A DNA stretch of 64,000 nucleotides from Octopus sinensis (lineage: Eukaryota). Shown here piece by piece: positions 26,112 through 39,361 of the stretch. Position 1 is the stretch's first letter; each line of letters begins with the position of its first letter. The stretch lies in the NCBI RefSeq assembly GCF_006345805.1, contig NC_043009.1, positions 59,892,001 to 59,956,000 on the forward strand, written 5' to 3'. The notes under the pieces are model-generated. The model saw nothing but the letters and a program-made list of their open reading frames with translations. It searched no databases and had not been told where the DNA came from. The translations under genes were made by a program, and so were the position numbers.

Positions 26112-26326
26112 TGAGTGGCTGCTAAAAACTTCCTGGCTTTAAGGGTGTCGCGAAAGGTCTGGTTGGAGGCCCAACCTTCGGAGTTCTTTAACAGGGCTTA
26201 GAAAATCAGAAGGACTGCTGCATGCAATAAGTGTGTGAATCTGAGAGGAGGGGAATATGTTGAATAAAATCATAATTAACTGATCATCCTGTATTTTCTT
26301 TTACCAAAAGCTAGGAACTTTTCAGT
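26112..26326 (+). mobile_element. Mariner-derived non-autonomous element
   Basis: TA|TGAGTGGCTGCTAAAAACTTCCTGGCTTT left end; imperfect inverse AAAGCTAGGAACTTTTCAG at right; internal GAATATGTTGAATAA (EYVE*) mariner C-terminus relic; partial copy at ~20693-20790. Confidence 0.65.
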
Positions 26327-26504
26327 ATGGTTGGGGAATCAAAGACAACAATTCCTTTTTTTGTTTTAAATTTATTTTGCAGGTTCTTAATCTCTGCTGG
26401 AAGTCATGTTTTTAAAAGAACAAATGCAACAGCTGCTGAGATGAAGTAAAGACATCGAATCTAAAACGAAGTGCCAAGTATTGTGTATCACATAATCCTT
26501 TTTA

Positions 26505-27490
26505 CTATAGGCATAAAGCCTGAAATTAGATCGACCCCAGTACACAACTGGTACTTAATTTATCGACACTAAAATGGTGAAAGACAAAGTCGACCTTGGT
26601 GGAATTCGAACTCAGAACGTAACGGCAGACGAAATACCTATTTCTGTATTGCCCACAAGGGGCTAAACACAGACGGGACAACCAAGGACAGACAAACGGA
26701 TTAAGTCGATTATATCGACCCCAGTACGTAACTGGTACTTATTTAATCGATGCTGAAAGGATGAAAGGCAAAGTCGACCTCGACGGAATTTGAACTCAGA
26801 ACGTAACGGCAGACGAAATACGGCTACGCATTTCGTCCGGCGTGCTAACGTTTCTGCCAGCTCGCCGCCTTGTTATTGTGTATCAAATGATTCTAACCAA
26901 AATTTAAACATCAAAGGTTTCTTAATATGGGAGGTAACTCTAGCTATCTTTACAGCGTTCTACTTTTACGTAATCAATTCTATCTGCTATCGAAAGACGG
27001 CGGCGAGCTGGCAGAATCGATACCGCGCCGAAGAAAAATTGCTTGCAGCATTTCGTCGGCCGTTACGTTATGAGTTCAAATTCCGCCGAGGTCGACTTTG
27101 TCTTTCAACCTTTCAGGGTCGATAAATTAAGTACCAGTTACGCACTGGGGTCAATATAATCGACTTAATCCCTTTGTTTGTCCTTGTTTGTCCCCTCTTT
27201 GTGTTTAGCCCCTTGTGGGCAATTAAAAAATAAGAATCGTTACCGCGCCGAGGAAAAATTGCTTGCAGCATTTCGTCGGCCGTTACGTTATGAGTTCAAA
27301 TTCCGCCGAGGTCGACTTTGTCTTTCAACCTTTCAGGGTCGATAAATTAAGTACCAGTTACGCACTGGGGTCAATATAATCGACTTAATCCCTTTGTTTG
27401 TCCTTGTTTGTCCCCTCTTTGTGTTTAGCCCCTTGTGGGCAATTAAAAAATAAGAATCGTTACCGCGCCGAGGAAAAATTGCTTGGCAGC
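26505..27490. mobile_element. Two oppositely oriented family C SINE clusters (26505-26870 minus; 26998-27490 plus, internally duplicated)
   Basis: Family C motifs on both strands. Confidence 0.85.
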
Positions 27491-27544
27491 ATTTCTTTCG
27501 AATTTACACCACCACTTCCCCCACCACTTCCACAACCACCTCAC

Positions 27545-28130
27545 AACCGGTGTTGGTGGTGGTGGTGGTGGTGGAAGTGACCGTAGTGGAAAAAGTGGTG
27601 GTAGTGGAAGTGGTGGTGGTGGAAATGGTGGTAGTGGAAGTGGTGGTGGTGGTGGTGGAAATGGTGGTGGTGGTGGAAGTGGTGGTAGTTGTGGAAGTGG
27701 TAGTAGTGGAAGCGGTGATGGTGCAAGTGGTGGTGGTAGTGGAAGTGGTGGTGCTGAAAGTGGTGGTGGTGGAAATGGTGGTAGTGGAAGTGATGGTGGT
27801 GGTGGTGGTGGAAGTGGTGGTGCTGGAAGAGGTGCTGATGGTGGAAGTGGTGATGGTGGTAGTGGAAGTGATGATGGTGGAAGTGGTGGTGGTGGAAGTG
27901 GTGATGGTGGAAGTGGTGGTGGTGGAAGTGGTGGTGGTGGAAGTGGTGGTGGTGGAAGTGGTGGTGGTGGAAGTGATGATGGTGGAAGTGGTGGTAGTGG
28001 AATGGTGGTAGTGGAAGTGGTGGTGGTGGGGTGGTGGTGATGGTGGTGATGGTGGACGTAGAGGTGCTAAACGTGGTGGTAGTGGTAATGGAGGTAGTGA
28101 TGGTGATGGTAGAAGTGGTGTTTTTGTGAA
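27545..28130. repeat. (GGT)n/GGAAGT degenerate trinucleotide repeat
   Basis: Seen directly; gives Gly/Val/His-rich pseudo-ORFs. Confidence 0.92.
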
Positions 28131-28214
28131 GCTCCAGGCTAATCACGACGACCACCACCTTCAAGACGTTTGATTTAAAACCATTCCAATTGGCTTTTGT
28201 TTAACCGTGGTGAG

Positions 28215-28254
<40 letters not shown>

Positions 28255-28569
28255 CGGTGGTTGCGGGTCAAAATAAGTAACGGTATATGACCTTGTGGTT
28301 ACGGTGCTGCATTCATGATTGCAGGATCGAGGTTTCGATTCCCGGGCCAGGAGGTGCATTGTGCTCTCGAACAAAAACACTTCGTTTAACGTTGCTCCAG
28401 TCCATTCAGCTGTGAAGGTGTTCCAGCAATTGCAGGGGAAATAACACTGCGACGGACTGGCGTCCCGTTCAGGAGCGGTGTTCTACTCTCGATCACTTCT
28501 ACGCTATGAAAACAAAAACCGGGTGACCGGCCTTATGAGACACAAGACTCGAGACAGTAATGTCCAGGG

Positions 28570-28800
28570 GTTGCTGCTTCTGCTTCTGCTGCTGCTGCTG
28601 CTGCTTCTACTACCACTGCTGCAGATGCTGGCACTGCTGCTGCTGTTGATGATGATGATGGTGATGATGTCGACGACGACGACGACGACGACGATGATGA
28701 TGATGATGATGACGATGGTGATGACGATGGTGATGATTGATGATGATGATGATGATGATGACGATGGTGATGACGATGACGATGGTGATGATGATGACGG

Positions 28801-28838
<38 letters not shown>

Positions 28839-28880
28839 ATGATGATGATGATGATGATGATGACGATGGTGATGGTCAAA
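28570..28880. repeat. (CTG)/(GAT)/(GAC) trinucleotide repeat
   Basis: Seen directly. Confidence 0.92.
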
Positions 28881-29089
28881 ATGGTTGAATAACTATGGCG
28901 TGATATTTTTGTTCTTGTTTCTAATTAGCCTTACGTTATTCCGTTCGAGCAAATTTATGATAGAAGACATTCCAATCATGACCATCTCGTATCATTTCCA
29001 TTTGTATGTACAATGATTCCAGGACCAGGTTATTCAAGGTGTAATTCCTTTTAGGTGATGAGGTGCGATACGAAAGGAAGAGGTGAGAG

Positions 29090-29245
<156 letters not shown>

Positions 29246-29982
29246 GGGAAAAGGGACGTGTGGCTGCTATTTCTAGCAAGTTGACTTACCACTTTGAGGC
29301 TTCTTTGAATGATGTAGCGTAAAGATCTCTTCTAACTGTCTTTAAATCATATTACGAGAACGGATATAAAAAACAATCACGAGTAATTTCTAGCAATTAA
29401 TGGCAATTACTAAGCTAAGCGACATCCATCCAATCTTATTAAGCTCCAAAGTATTCTGTCTATATAACACTTTGAGAGATTACCACGCTGATAATGGACG
29501 TGATGTGTCTGATAGAAAACAACAGATACAGCACGTCCGTCAACATCGAAGATACACACAAATATATACGGAGGTAACTAGTGTCCAAATAGATAAACGA
29601 AATATAAGCGGTGAGATCATATCCACTTAGAAGAGCGCTGAGAATCTCCTTCACAGACGACGTGCGAAATAAATAAATAAAACAACTGATTATCGAAGGA
29701 ATATTCTGACGAACTAATCTATATATATAAAGCTGAAGTTGTCTGTGTGTGTGGCAGGTTTGGTAGTCTTCAACTAATACTATCTCCTCTGAGACCCTGC
29801 GGCGCAAGTTGACCAAAATTGAGAGTATGATAGAAGAAGGCTTGCCCTTCCATCCGTAGAAGAAATATAAGCGGTGAGATCATATCCACTTAGAAGAGCG
29901 CTGAGAATCTCCTTCACAGATGAGATGTGCGAAATAAATAAATAAAACAACTGATTATCGAAGGAATATTCTGACGAACTAA

Positions 29983-30379
29983 TCTATATATATAAAGCTG
30001 AAGTTGTCTGTGTGTGTGGCAGGTTTGGTAGCCTTCAACTAATACTTATCTCCTCCGAGACCCTGAGGCGCAAATTGACCAAAATTGAGAGTATGATAGA
30101 AGAAGGCTTGCCCTTCCATCTGTAGAAGAAAAAATTCAAATCGGACCATGTTGACACCAAAAATTATTTACATCAAAACGGTGCTTTTTTTCTATGAAAA
30201 TCCCTATTTTTTTACGATTTTTTGACTGCTGTGTCGCCATTTTTCGATGTATTTCAACCAGAAAAATGTTCACCTAAAGAGAATAAATAACAAGCTACAT
30301 AATGCAAAATTTTACTTTTCAAAAATTCTAATTCTAAAGGGTTGAAACAAACCCGATCAATGCCGGGCGATACTGCTAG
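29983..30379 (+). mobile_element. Non-autonomous Helitron (397 bp)
   Basis: Inserted A|TC...CTAG|T; 5' TCTATATATATAAAGC; subterminal hairpin CCCG(30352-55)...CGGG(30364-67) just before CTAG; no TSD. Confidence 0.82.
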
Positions 30380-30589
30380 TAAATAAATAAATAAGACGAG
30401 TGATTATCGAGGGAATATTCTGACAAACTAATATTCTGACAAACTAATATTCTGACAAACTAAGGAATATGCGACTCAGTAATACGCCTGGCATCACGTA
30501 TGTTAAAAGCTAAGATACACACGCGACGACATATGAAATGGATTATGTGACTCGAATGCAAACTCACTATACAATAAAAGAAAAACATT

Positions 30590-30906
30590 CTTTTATTCTT
30601 TTACTTGTTTCAGTCATTTGACTGCGGCCATGCAGGAGCACTGCCTTTTAGTCGAGCAAAATCGACCCTAGAACTTATTATTTGTAAGCCTAGTACTTAT
30701 TCTACCGGTCCCTTTTGCCGAACCGCTAAGTCATTTTATCGATTTCCTTCGTTGAACCGCTAAGTTATTTTATTGATCTCGTTTGGCGAACCGCTAAGTT
30801 ATTTTATTGACCTCGATTGCCGAACCGCTAAGTTATTTTATTGATCTCGTTTGGCGAACCGCTAAGTTATTTTATCGACCTCGATTGCCGAACCGCTAAG
30901 TTATTT
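30590..30906. repeat. Truncated SINE tail (minus) running into a 34-bp minisatellite (6 copies)
   Basis: GAACCGCTAAG at 30720, 30754, 30788, 30822, 30856, 30890. Confidence 0.9.
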
Positions 30907-31213
30907 TAAGATTGGACACCTTTTGCCCGATTTCAATCTAATTTTCAACATGGTAAAGTGGAAACGGATTAGTAATTTAAGCGCGGAAATCTATTTTTTT
31001 ACAAATGGGAGAGAGATAGTCAGAGAAAGATAAGGAGTAAGAGAAAGCGAGGGAGAGTCCGAGAGAAAGGAAGAGTAAGAGAGTGGGAAAGTGAGAGAGA
31101 AAGGAGAGAGAAACAAAGAGGGAGAATATGGTGATAAGAAACAGAAAGGAAGCAACAGAAAGTAACAACCACACCTTCACTCGCGCGTAGAGCGGGTCAA
31201 CTGAAGCTAGTAT

Positions 31214-31245
<32 letters not shown>

Positions 31246-33304
31246 TTACCTATACGTCAACGTACATGTATATCTATGTATGTATGTATGCATATGTGCA
31301 CACACACATACACTCATGCGTATGATGGGTTCCCGCAGGAGTTTCGTCCAGTAAATTCCTTTCATAAGGTATTGCTCAAGGCAAACCTACCGCAGAAGAC
31401 ATTTGGCTAAGTTACTGTGCAGTGGAACCGAACCCCAAAGCGTGACTGCGTAGCGCATTTATTAAACACACACACAGAATAAGTCAAGTCAGTAAAACTA
31501 TTTTAGATTTCATTACTTTTAACAATGCACAGATGGTCTAAGGCGGTGTTCCGGGCCGCAGTCAAATGACTGAAACAAATAAATGAATAAAAGACAGCTT
31601 CGTATTTGTTATCGAACAATAGTTATCGGAAGAGCTGGAATATAATTTAATGGGTTTTTTTTCGAAAGCTGGCTATATTAATCACATGAAATTGCATTCA
31701 TAATCACAGAAACGATCTATGGACAACAATCTCTCACTTTCATGTTTGCAATATTCTATTCGTACATTGTGCAGTAAAATACATTAATTCAAGCCTGGAC
31801 TGCAAAGACGTGCACATATAATTTTCCACTCTCAGAACCAACCAATTCTGTAGAGGTACTGAGTTTTCCCTGTCTTGTTTGCACCAGGCATTGTAAAATG
31901 GTGTAAATGGGGAATCAGGGAGACAATATTTAGTTTAACATAATCGCGAACATATCAAAATATCATAGATCATCAGTACATCGAGATTTGATTGATTGCA
32001 AATCCGGGTGAAATGCCTTCGTCTCGTTGCTGATCACATTGTAAAAATCTTTAGCCAACATCTTACGGGTTTTTAGAAAGTAAAAAGTAAACTAAAAAGT
32101 AACCTAAAGCAATCTCCCTTGTAAATTACACCCCCAAAGGAACAGCAAAGGTTTATTCCAAACGTTTGAGAACATGGGAAACGAAACCCCAAAACACTGT
32201 CATCTTCAAAACGGATCTACCGCGACTGGAAGCCTTTTCTCATATATCTGCTTGATGATGGTTAACGTATCTCTGTTTCTAGTGCACCAGAGAATAATAT
32301 GATATCAAACAAGGCGACGGGGTAGTAAAATCGTTAGCATGCCGGACAAAACCTCCTTGGCAGCATTTCGTCCGCTTTTATGATCTAAACTCAAATTCCA
32401 CCGAGGTCGATCTCCCTGCTATTTCAGGCCTTCTTCCAATAGTAGAAAAGATTATTATTTTAAAGACGGCGAGCTGGCAGAATCGTTAACACGACGGACT
32501 AAATGCTTAGCGACATTTCTTCTGGCTTTACGTTCTGAGTTCAAATTCCACCGAGGTCTAGTTTTGCCTTTCATTGCTTTCAAGATTAACAGAATGAATA
32601 CCATTTGAACAATATCATCAACTAGCCTCCCTCCCTCCCTCCCTCCCTCTCTCCTCCATAACTTCAGACGGACCTATATTGGAAAGGCTACGATAATATC
32701 CGACATTGTGTTTGACATCAAACCAGCTCTTATATCTATCTACTGTCTCTTTAACCCAGCAAATTGTTCAGATATGCCTCTCTTTCTCCTTCACTCTCTA
32801 TTTTACATTCTTTCCCCCCATTCCCTTCTCGCTTTTGTTACCATAGCAACAAATATAACAGTGAAGTTGTTTGGCTGAGAACTAATTCAATCAGCTTATC
32901 CAAACGAAATTTCCGCAAGCCTCGGGTGCGTACATGTGTGAGTGTGTGTACCAAACTAATTATATTTAGATCTCTTAAGCTTTTTGCTGTCTGCCATTTG
33001 TACTCCCCCTTCTTGTTTAAAATATTTTTGGTGTAATTGTTCAAAATGCAACTGGAATGGCAAAAACGGCAGAACCGTGCTTTGTTGAAGTCTGTAGTTA
33101 AGTTTTTTTTGACGTCATGAGGAATTTAATTACCACCGGGGGCAGAGTGGACAGTGATTGCATTATTTTTTTCCTCTCCCTCTCACCCACTCACTTTCGC
33201 TCTGCCTCTCTTCCTCTCTGCCACCCTCCCTCTTCTCCTTCCTCCTCCTATGCTTCTTCTCCGTATAGACCGGTCATCAACCACGATCAATCAAATAAGT
33301 ATCA

Positions 33305-33965
33305 GTCAAGTACTACGTTGCACATACACATACATACATACATACATGCATACATAGATACATAGATACATGCATACATACATATATAAAAGCATACATA
33401 CACACAGATACGTACGTACATATACACATACAGACATACACACATACACACATACATACACACACATACATGCACACACATGCGCACATACATATACGCA
33501 TTCATGCATATATGCAAACATACATACATACGTACATACATACATACGTACATACACATACATACATGCATACACACATACATACATATATAAAAGCATG
33601 CATACATGCATACATACATACACACACATACACACACATAGATACACGCGTAAATGCGTACATACATATACGCATACATGTATACATATGTGCATAAAAT
33701 ATATACATACATACATACATACATAAGAGCATACATACATGCATACACACATACGTACGTACATACACGCATACCATACATACATACATACATACATACA
33801 TACATACATACATACACACACAAGCATACTTACATATACGCATGCATGCATATAGGCATACATGCATACATACGTGCCTACACATACATACATTCTTACA
33901 CAGAATACATGCATACATGCTCATATACATGCATACATGTGTATATATACTTACATAGATATAAT
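33305..33965. repeat. (CATA)/(CA) degenerate microsatellite
   Basis: Seen directly. Confidence 0.93.
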
Positions 33966-34118
33966 ACACATAAAGTACAGCCAGCCATTGCTGGCAAACA
34001 AGTATGGTTTGCTAGCACGTACCACACTTTCGCTAATTGTTTTATAAGCCTACATTGTCGCGGGCAGAGACACAGATACTGTTTTAGCCATAATGTATGT
34101 TTGTGAGTGTATATATAT

Positions 34119-34183
<65 letters not shown>

Positions 34184-34191
34184 ACATATAT

Positions 34192-34222
<31 letters not shown>

Positions 34223-34224
34223 TA

Positions 34225-35153
<929 letters not shown>

Positions 35154-35241
35154 ATATATAATATATATATATAATATATATATGTATACATATATAAATA
35201 TATATATATATAATATTATATATATATATATATAATATATA

Positions 35242-35273
<32 letters not shown>

Positions 35274-35553
35274 GTATGCCAGTGTATGTGTTTCTGCGTG
35301 TGTGTATTCCACAGTTATTTTGAAAACTATAAGCTTTTTGAATGTTTATCGAGAAAAAAAGAAATAAGTAATTTAAATGGAAAGCGTAAGATTTTTAAGA
35401 TGGTGTAAAGTCCACATTCGTAGGACTAAAGTTTCGGTCTTAGGAGGGAGCATCTTTGAAAACTATATTCTTTTTTATCATGTCTTCTATCTTGAAAAAT
35501 ACATACATACATGCATACGTCAAGGCGATAACAATATTATCAATGGGAGGAAA

Positions 35554-35590
<37 letters not shown>

Positions 35591-36132
35591 GAGGATACTA
35601 CTATTCATAGATACCGCACTCTAGGAGGGACCCTTGCGGTCAAAACTACTAAAATAAACAAATTGTACCGAATGCAAAACTTCAAAGCAAGTCATTTAAA
35701 AAAAGAATTTAGTTACATATCACCTGTGATTTCGCAATTAATGCAGAATATGCATTCTATGCTCATCAGTGCAACAAACTCAAGACATATAAGAAAAAAC
35801 ATAACATTACAAACCCGACAGCCAACCGTAGAATTCGTCGTAGAATTCGTATATAAATATATATATATATAACATGAATAAATAAATGCACCCTTTTTAA
35901 AGCCTAGCCAGGTTCATGGGCCCGGATTCCCGGTTTCTATGGCATATGTGTTCCCCAGCTGGACGGGACGCCAGTCCATCACAGCGTTACTCATTTTTGT
36001 CAGCTGAGTGAACTGGAGTAACGTGAAATGAAGTGTTTTACTCAAGAACACAACGCGTCGCTCGGTCCAGGAATCGAAACTCACAATCTTACGATCATGG
36101 TGCTGACACCCTAATCACTAAGCCACGCGCCT

Positions 36133-36168
<36 letters not shown>

Positions 36169-37065
36169 ACGCACACACGCACACACACACACACACGCAC
36201 ACACGCACACACACACACATATATTTGCCGATATGAGTATACAAATATGTATATACACATACATACATACATACATACATACATACATACATACATACAT
36301 ACATACATACATACATACATACATACGTGTGTGTGTGTGTGATACGCATACTGGTAGAGGTTTGGAGACAGCAGGTAAAGACAAATAAATGTGGTGTACT
36401 ATGTAAGACATCGTGTAAATCAATAAGCGATTATTTAAACAACATAATGCTTTACTTAGTGAACGACAACGCACCGGGTGACTGTGGGTGACGGTTATGT
36501 TCAGTTCTTTCCTTATACACCTCGTAAACTCTATTGCTCAGCAGCCATACCTTGTGAAGTGGTGGGTGTTATTAGGGAAAGAAGTTCAAGGAAAAACGAT
36601 AGCAGTTACTGGGAAAAGTGGTTGGTGGAAATAAATCGAATGAAGACATTATCCTTTGGTGATGGAACATCTGACTTTGTATGTTCGAATAAAGGTGTGA
36701 TACTTATGAATGAAAAAGAGAAGGCTGAGTATATATATATACACACACATTAATATATATAATATATATATAATATATATATATATTAATATTATATATA
36801 TCTGTCTGTCTGTGTGTCTTCTAAGATCTCGGGTATCTCCTCCATCCGATTGCGCTCAAATTTGATATGTTGATACCGACGGTATCAGGGCGTGTATAAG
36901 TCTTGACAAAATTACAAAAAATCGATTCCAGGTGAGAATGCGATCGACAAAGCCGCGGGAACGTGCATATTTGTGTGAATAAAATCGTTTTTCTTGGAAT
37001 AGAAAAAAAGTCTATCTTTATTTATTAAGTATATCTTTAAAAGTCTATCATAATATATATATATA

Positions 37066-37131
<66 letters not shown>

Positions 37132-38046
37132 ATGTACGTGTGTGTATATGTTTGTGTGTTTGTGTTTGTCCCCTCAACACCGCTTGACAATCGATGGTGG
37201 GGGTGTGTTTACGTCCCGTAACTTAGCGGTTCGGCAAAAAAGACCGATAGAATAAGTACCTTTCCATTCTTCATGAGCGTCAAACTATTACATCTGCTTG
37301 TTGTTCCTACACCTGTCTTCATCTTTCGTTTTCTGTAAATTGGAACTCTCTCTCTCTCTCTCTACATATATATATATACATACACACAAACGACGGGCTT
37401 CTTTCAGTTTCCGTCCACCAAATCCTCTCACAAAGCTTTCGTCGGCCCGAGGCTATAGTTGAAGACACTTGCCCAATGTGCTATGCAGTGGGACTGAACT
37501 CGGAATCATGTGATGGGGAAGCTAGCTTTTTACCACACAGCCGCACCATGCCCTCGTAACTTAGCTGTTGGACAAAAACTACCGCTGGAATAAGTATCAG
37601 GTTTTATAAGAAAAATAAGTACTAGAGTCTATTTCTCAGACAAAAAACCTTCAAGTCGGTGCCCCAGCATGGCCGCAGTCGAATGGTTGAAACAAGTAAA
37701 AGATGGAAGATGACAAATAAATGATTCATACATACACACACACACATATACATACGTACACATGTACATATACATTCATAGATAGACAAACAGGTCTCTT
37801 GTACTGTCTTGTTCCTCCCCACAACTACGAAACTCTCCATAAAATGATTAAATTCCCCACAAAGGAATTAATTTGATTGAAAACCCCACTAGAATGGGAG
37901 AAAGCGCTAATAATCTGAATGATATGATCTGAATGATATATATATATATGTAAAAAATGTAATATATAAATAAATATCTATAATATGAACCATCCGATCT
38001 CTGATTACCTCATTTCTTCTAACATATATATATATATATATATATC

Positions 38047-38108
<62 letters not shown>

Positions 38109-38286
38109 ATGACCAATAACTAATAATGTATATAAGGGCATATGAATTGATTTAGATACATTCTTACATATATACGCATATGTATGCGTGTGTATATTCT
38201 GTGTATGTGTACATTATTATATATATATATATTATATATATATATATATATGTAGTTATGTATGTATCTATATATATGTATATATA

Positions 38287-38362
<76 letters not shown>

Positions 38363-38843
38363 CTTATGGCAATGCATACATAAGTAAGGAAACATCATTC
38401 AAGTAGATAATGTATTAAATTCTCATATATTTAATCTCATTGAGAATATAACCTGTGGGTATACTACAGTCGTTTCAGCTGTTTAAGCCAAACATCGTCA
38501 GGAGTCGCTTACCTCATAATTTAATTGAATACGAATAATCTATCTTATGTATAATGTTACCAAACTTTTAGAGTGCAAGGAAATGGCGTAAGGTTAACGT
38601 CCGTAATACAATGACAATAGTACACTTCCGGTGTTGGTTATTTATAAATTGTCTAAAACACTCTTCCATATATATATGTTTGAATGACTTCTCTTCAGTT
38701 TGTACATTCAAACACAGACGCAAACATGTATACATATGTAGACATATGCAAGTACATATGCATGTAAATACATGTGTCTGAATGCACATATATATATTAT
38801 TGATATATATATTATTGATATATATATATATATATATATATAT

Positions 38844-39012
38844 AACTTATAAATAAAGGCAAACGAAAAAAATTCTAATACCAAATATGCCGAAAATTGG
38901 ACATATTGTCCATTTACCATAGGGAAAAAAATTATATGGTAAATGGACAATATGTCCAATTTTCGGCATATTTGGCATTAGCAATTTTTTCGTTTGCCCT
39001 TATTTATAAGTT
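38844..39012. repeat. Long inverted repeat (78-bp arms, 13-bp loop)
   Basis: 38844-38921 is the reverse complement of 38935-39012 with ~3-4 differences. Confidence 0.92.
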
Positions 39013-39216
39013 GTTTGTTCCCCCCCTAACATCACTTGACAACCGATGCTGGTGTGTTTACGTCCCCGTAACTTAGCGGTTCGGCAAATGAGACCGATAG
39101 AATAAGTACTAGGCTTACAACCATTAAGTCCTGGGGTCGATTTGCTCAACTAAAGGCGGTGCTACAGCATGGCCGCAGTCAAATGACTGAAATTAAAGAG
39201 TAAAGAGTAAAAGAGT
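39013..39216 (+). mobile_element. SINE family A/B tail (B part)
   Basis: TTGACAACCGATGCTGG...GCATGGCCGCAGTCAAATGACTG...(GTAAAAGA)n. Confidence 0.88.
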
Positions 39217-39218
39217 AT

Positions 39219-39357
<139 letters not shown>

Positions 39358-39361
39358 ATAT

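Noticed and set aside
27483-28164. Gly-rich, Val-rich and His-rich ORFs
   Set aside because: All are frames of one (GGT)n repeat; no flanking exon evidence.
28478-28888. Poly-Leu/Met/Asp ORF
   Set aside because: Trinucleotide repeat preceded by a SINE fragment.
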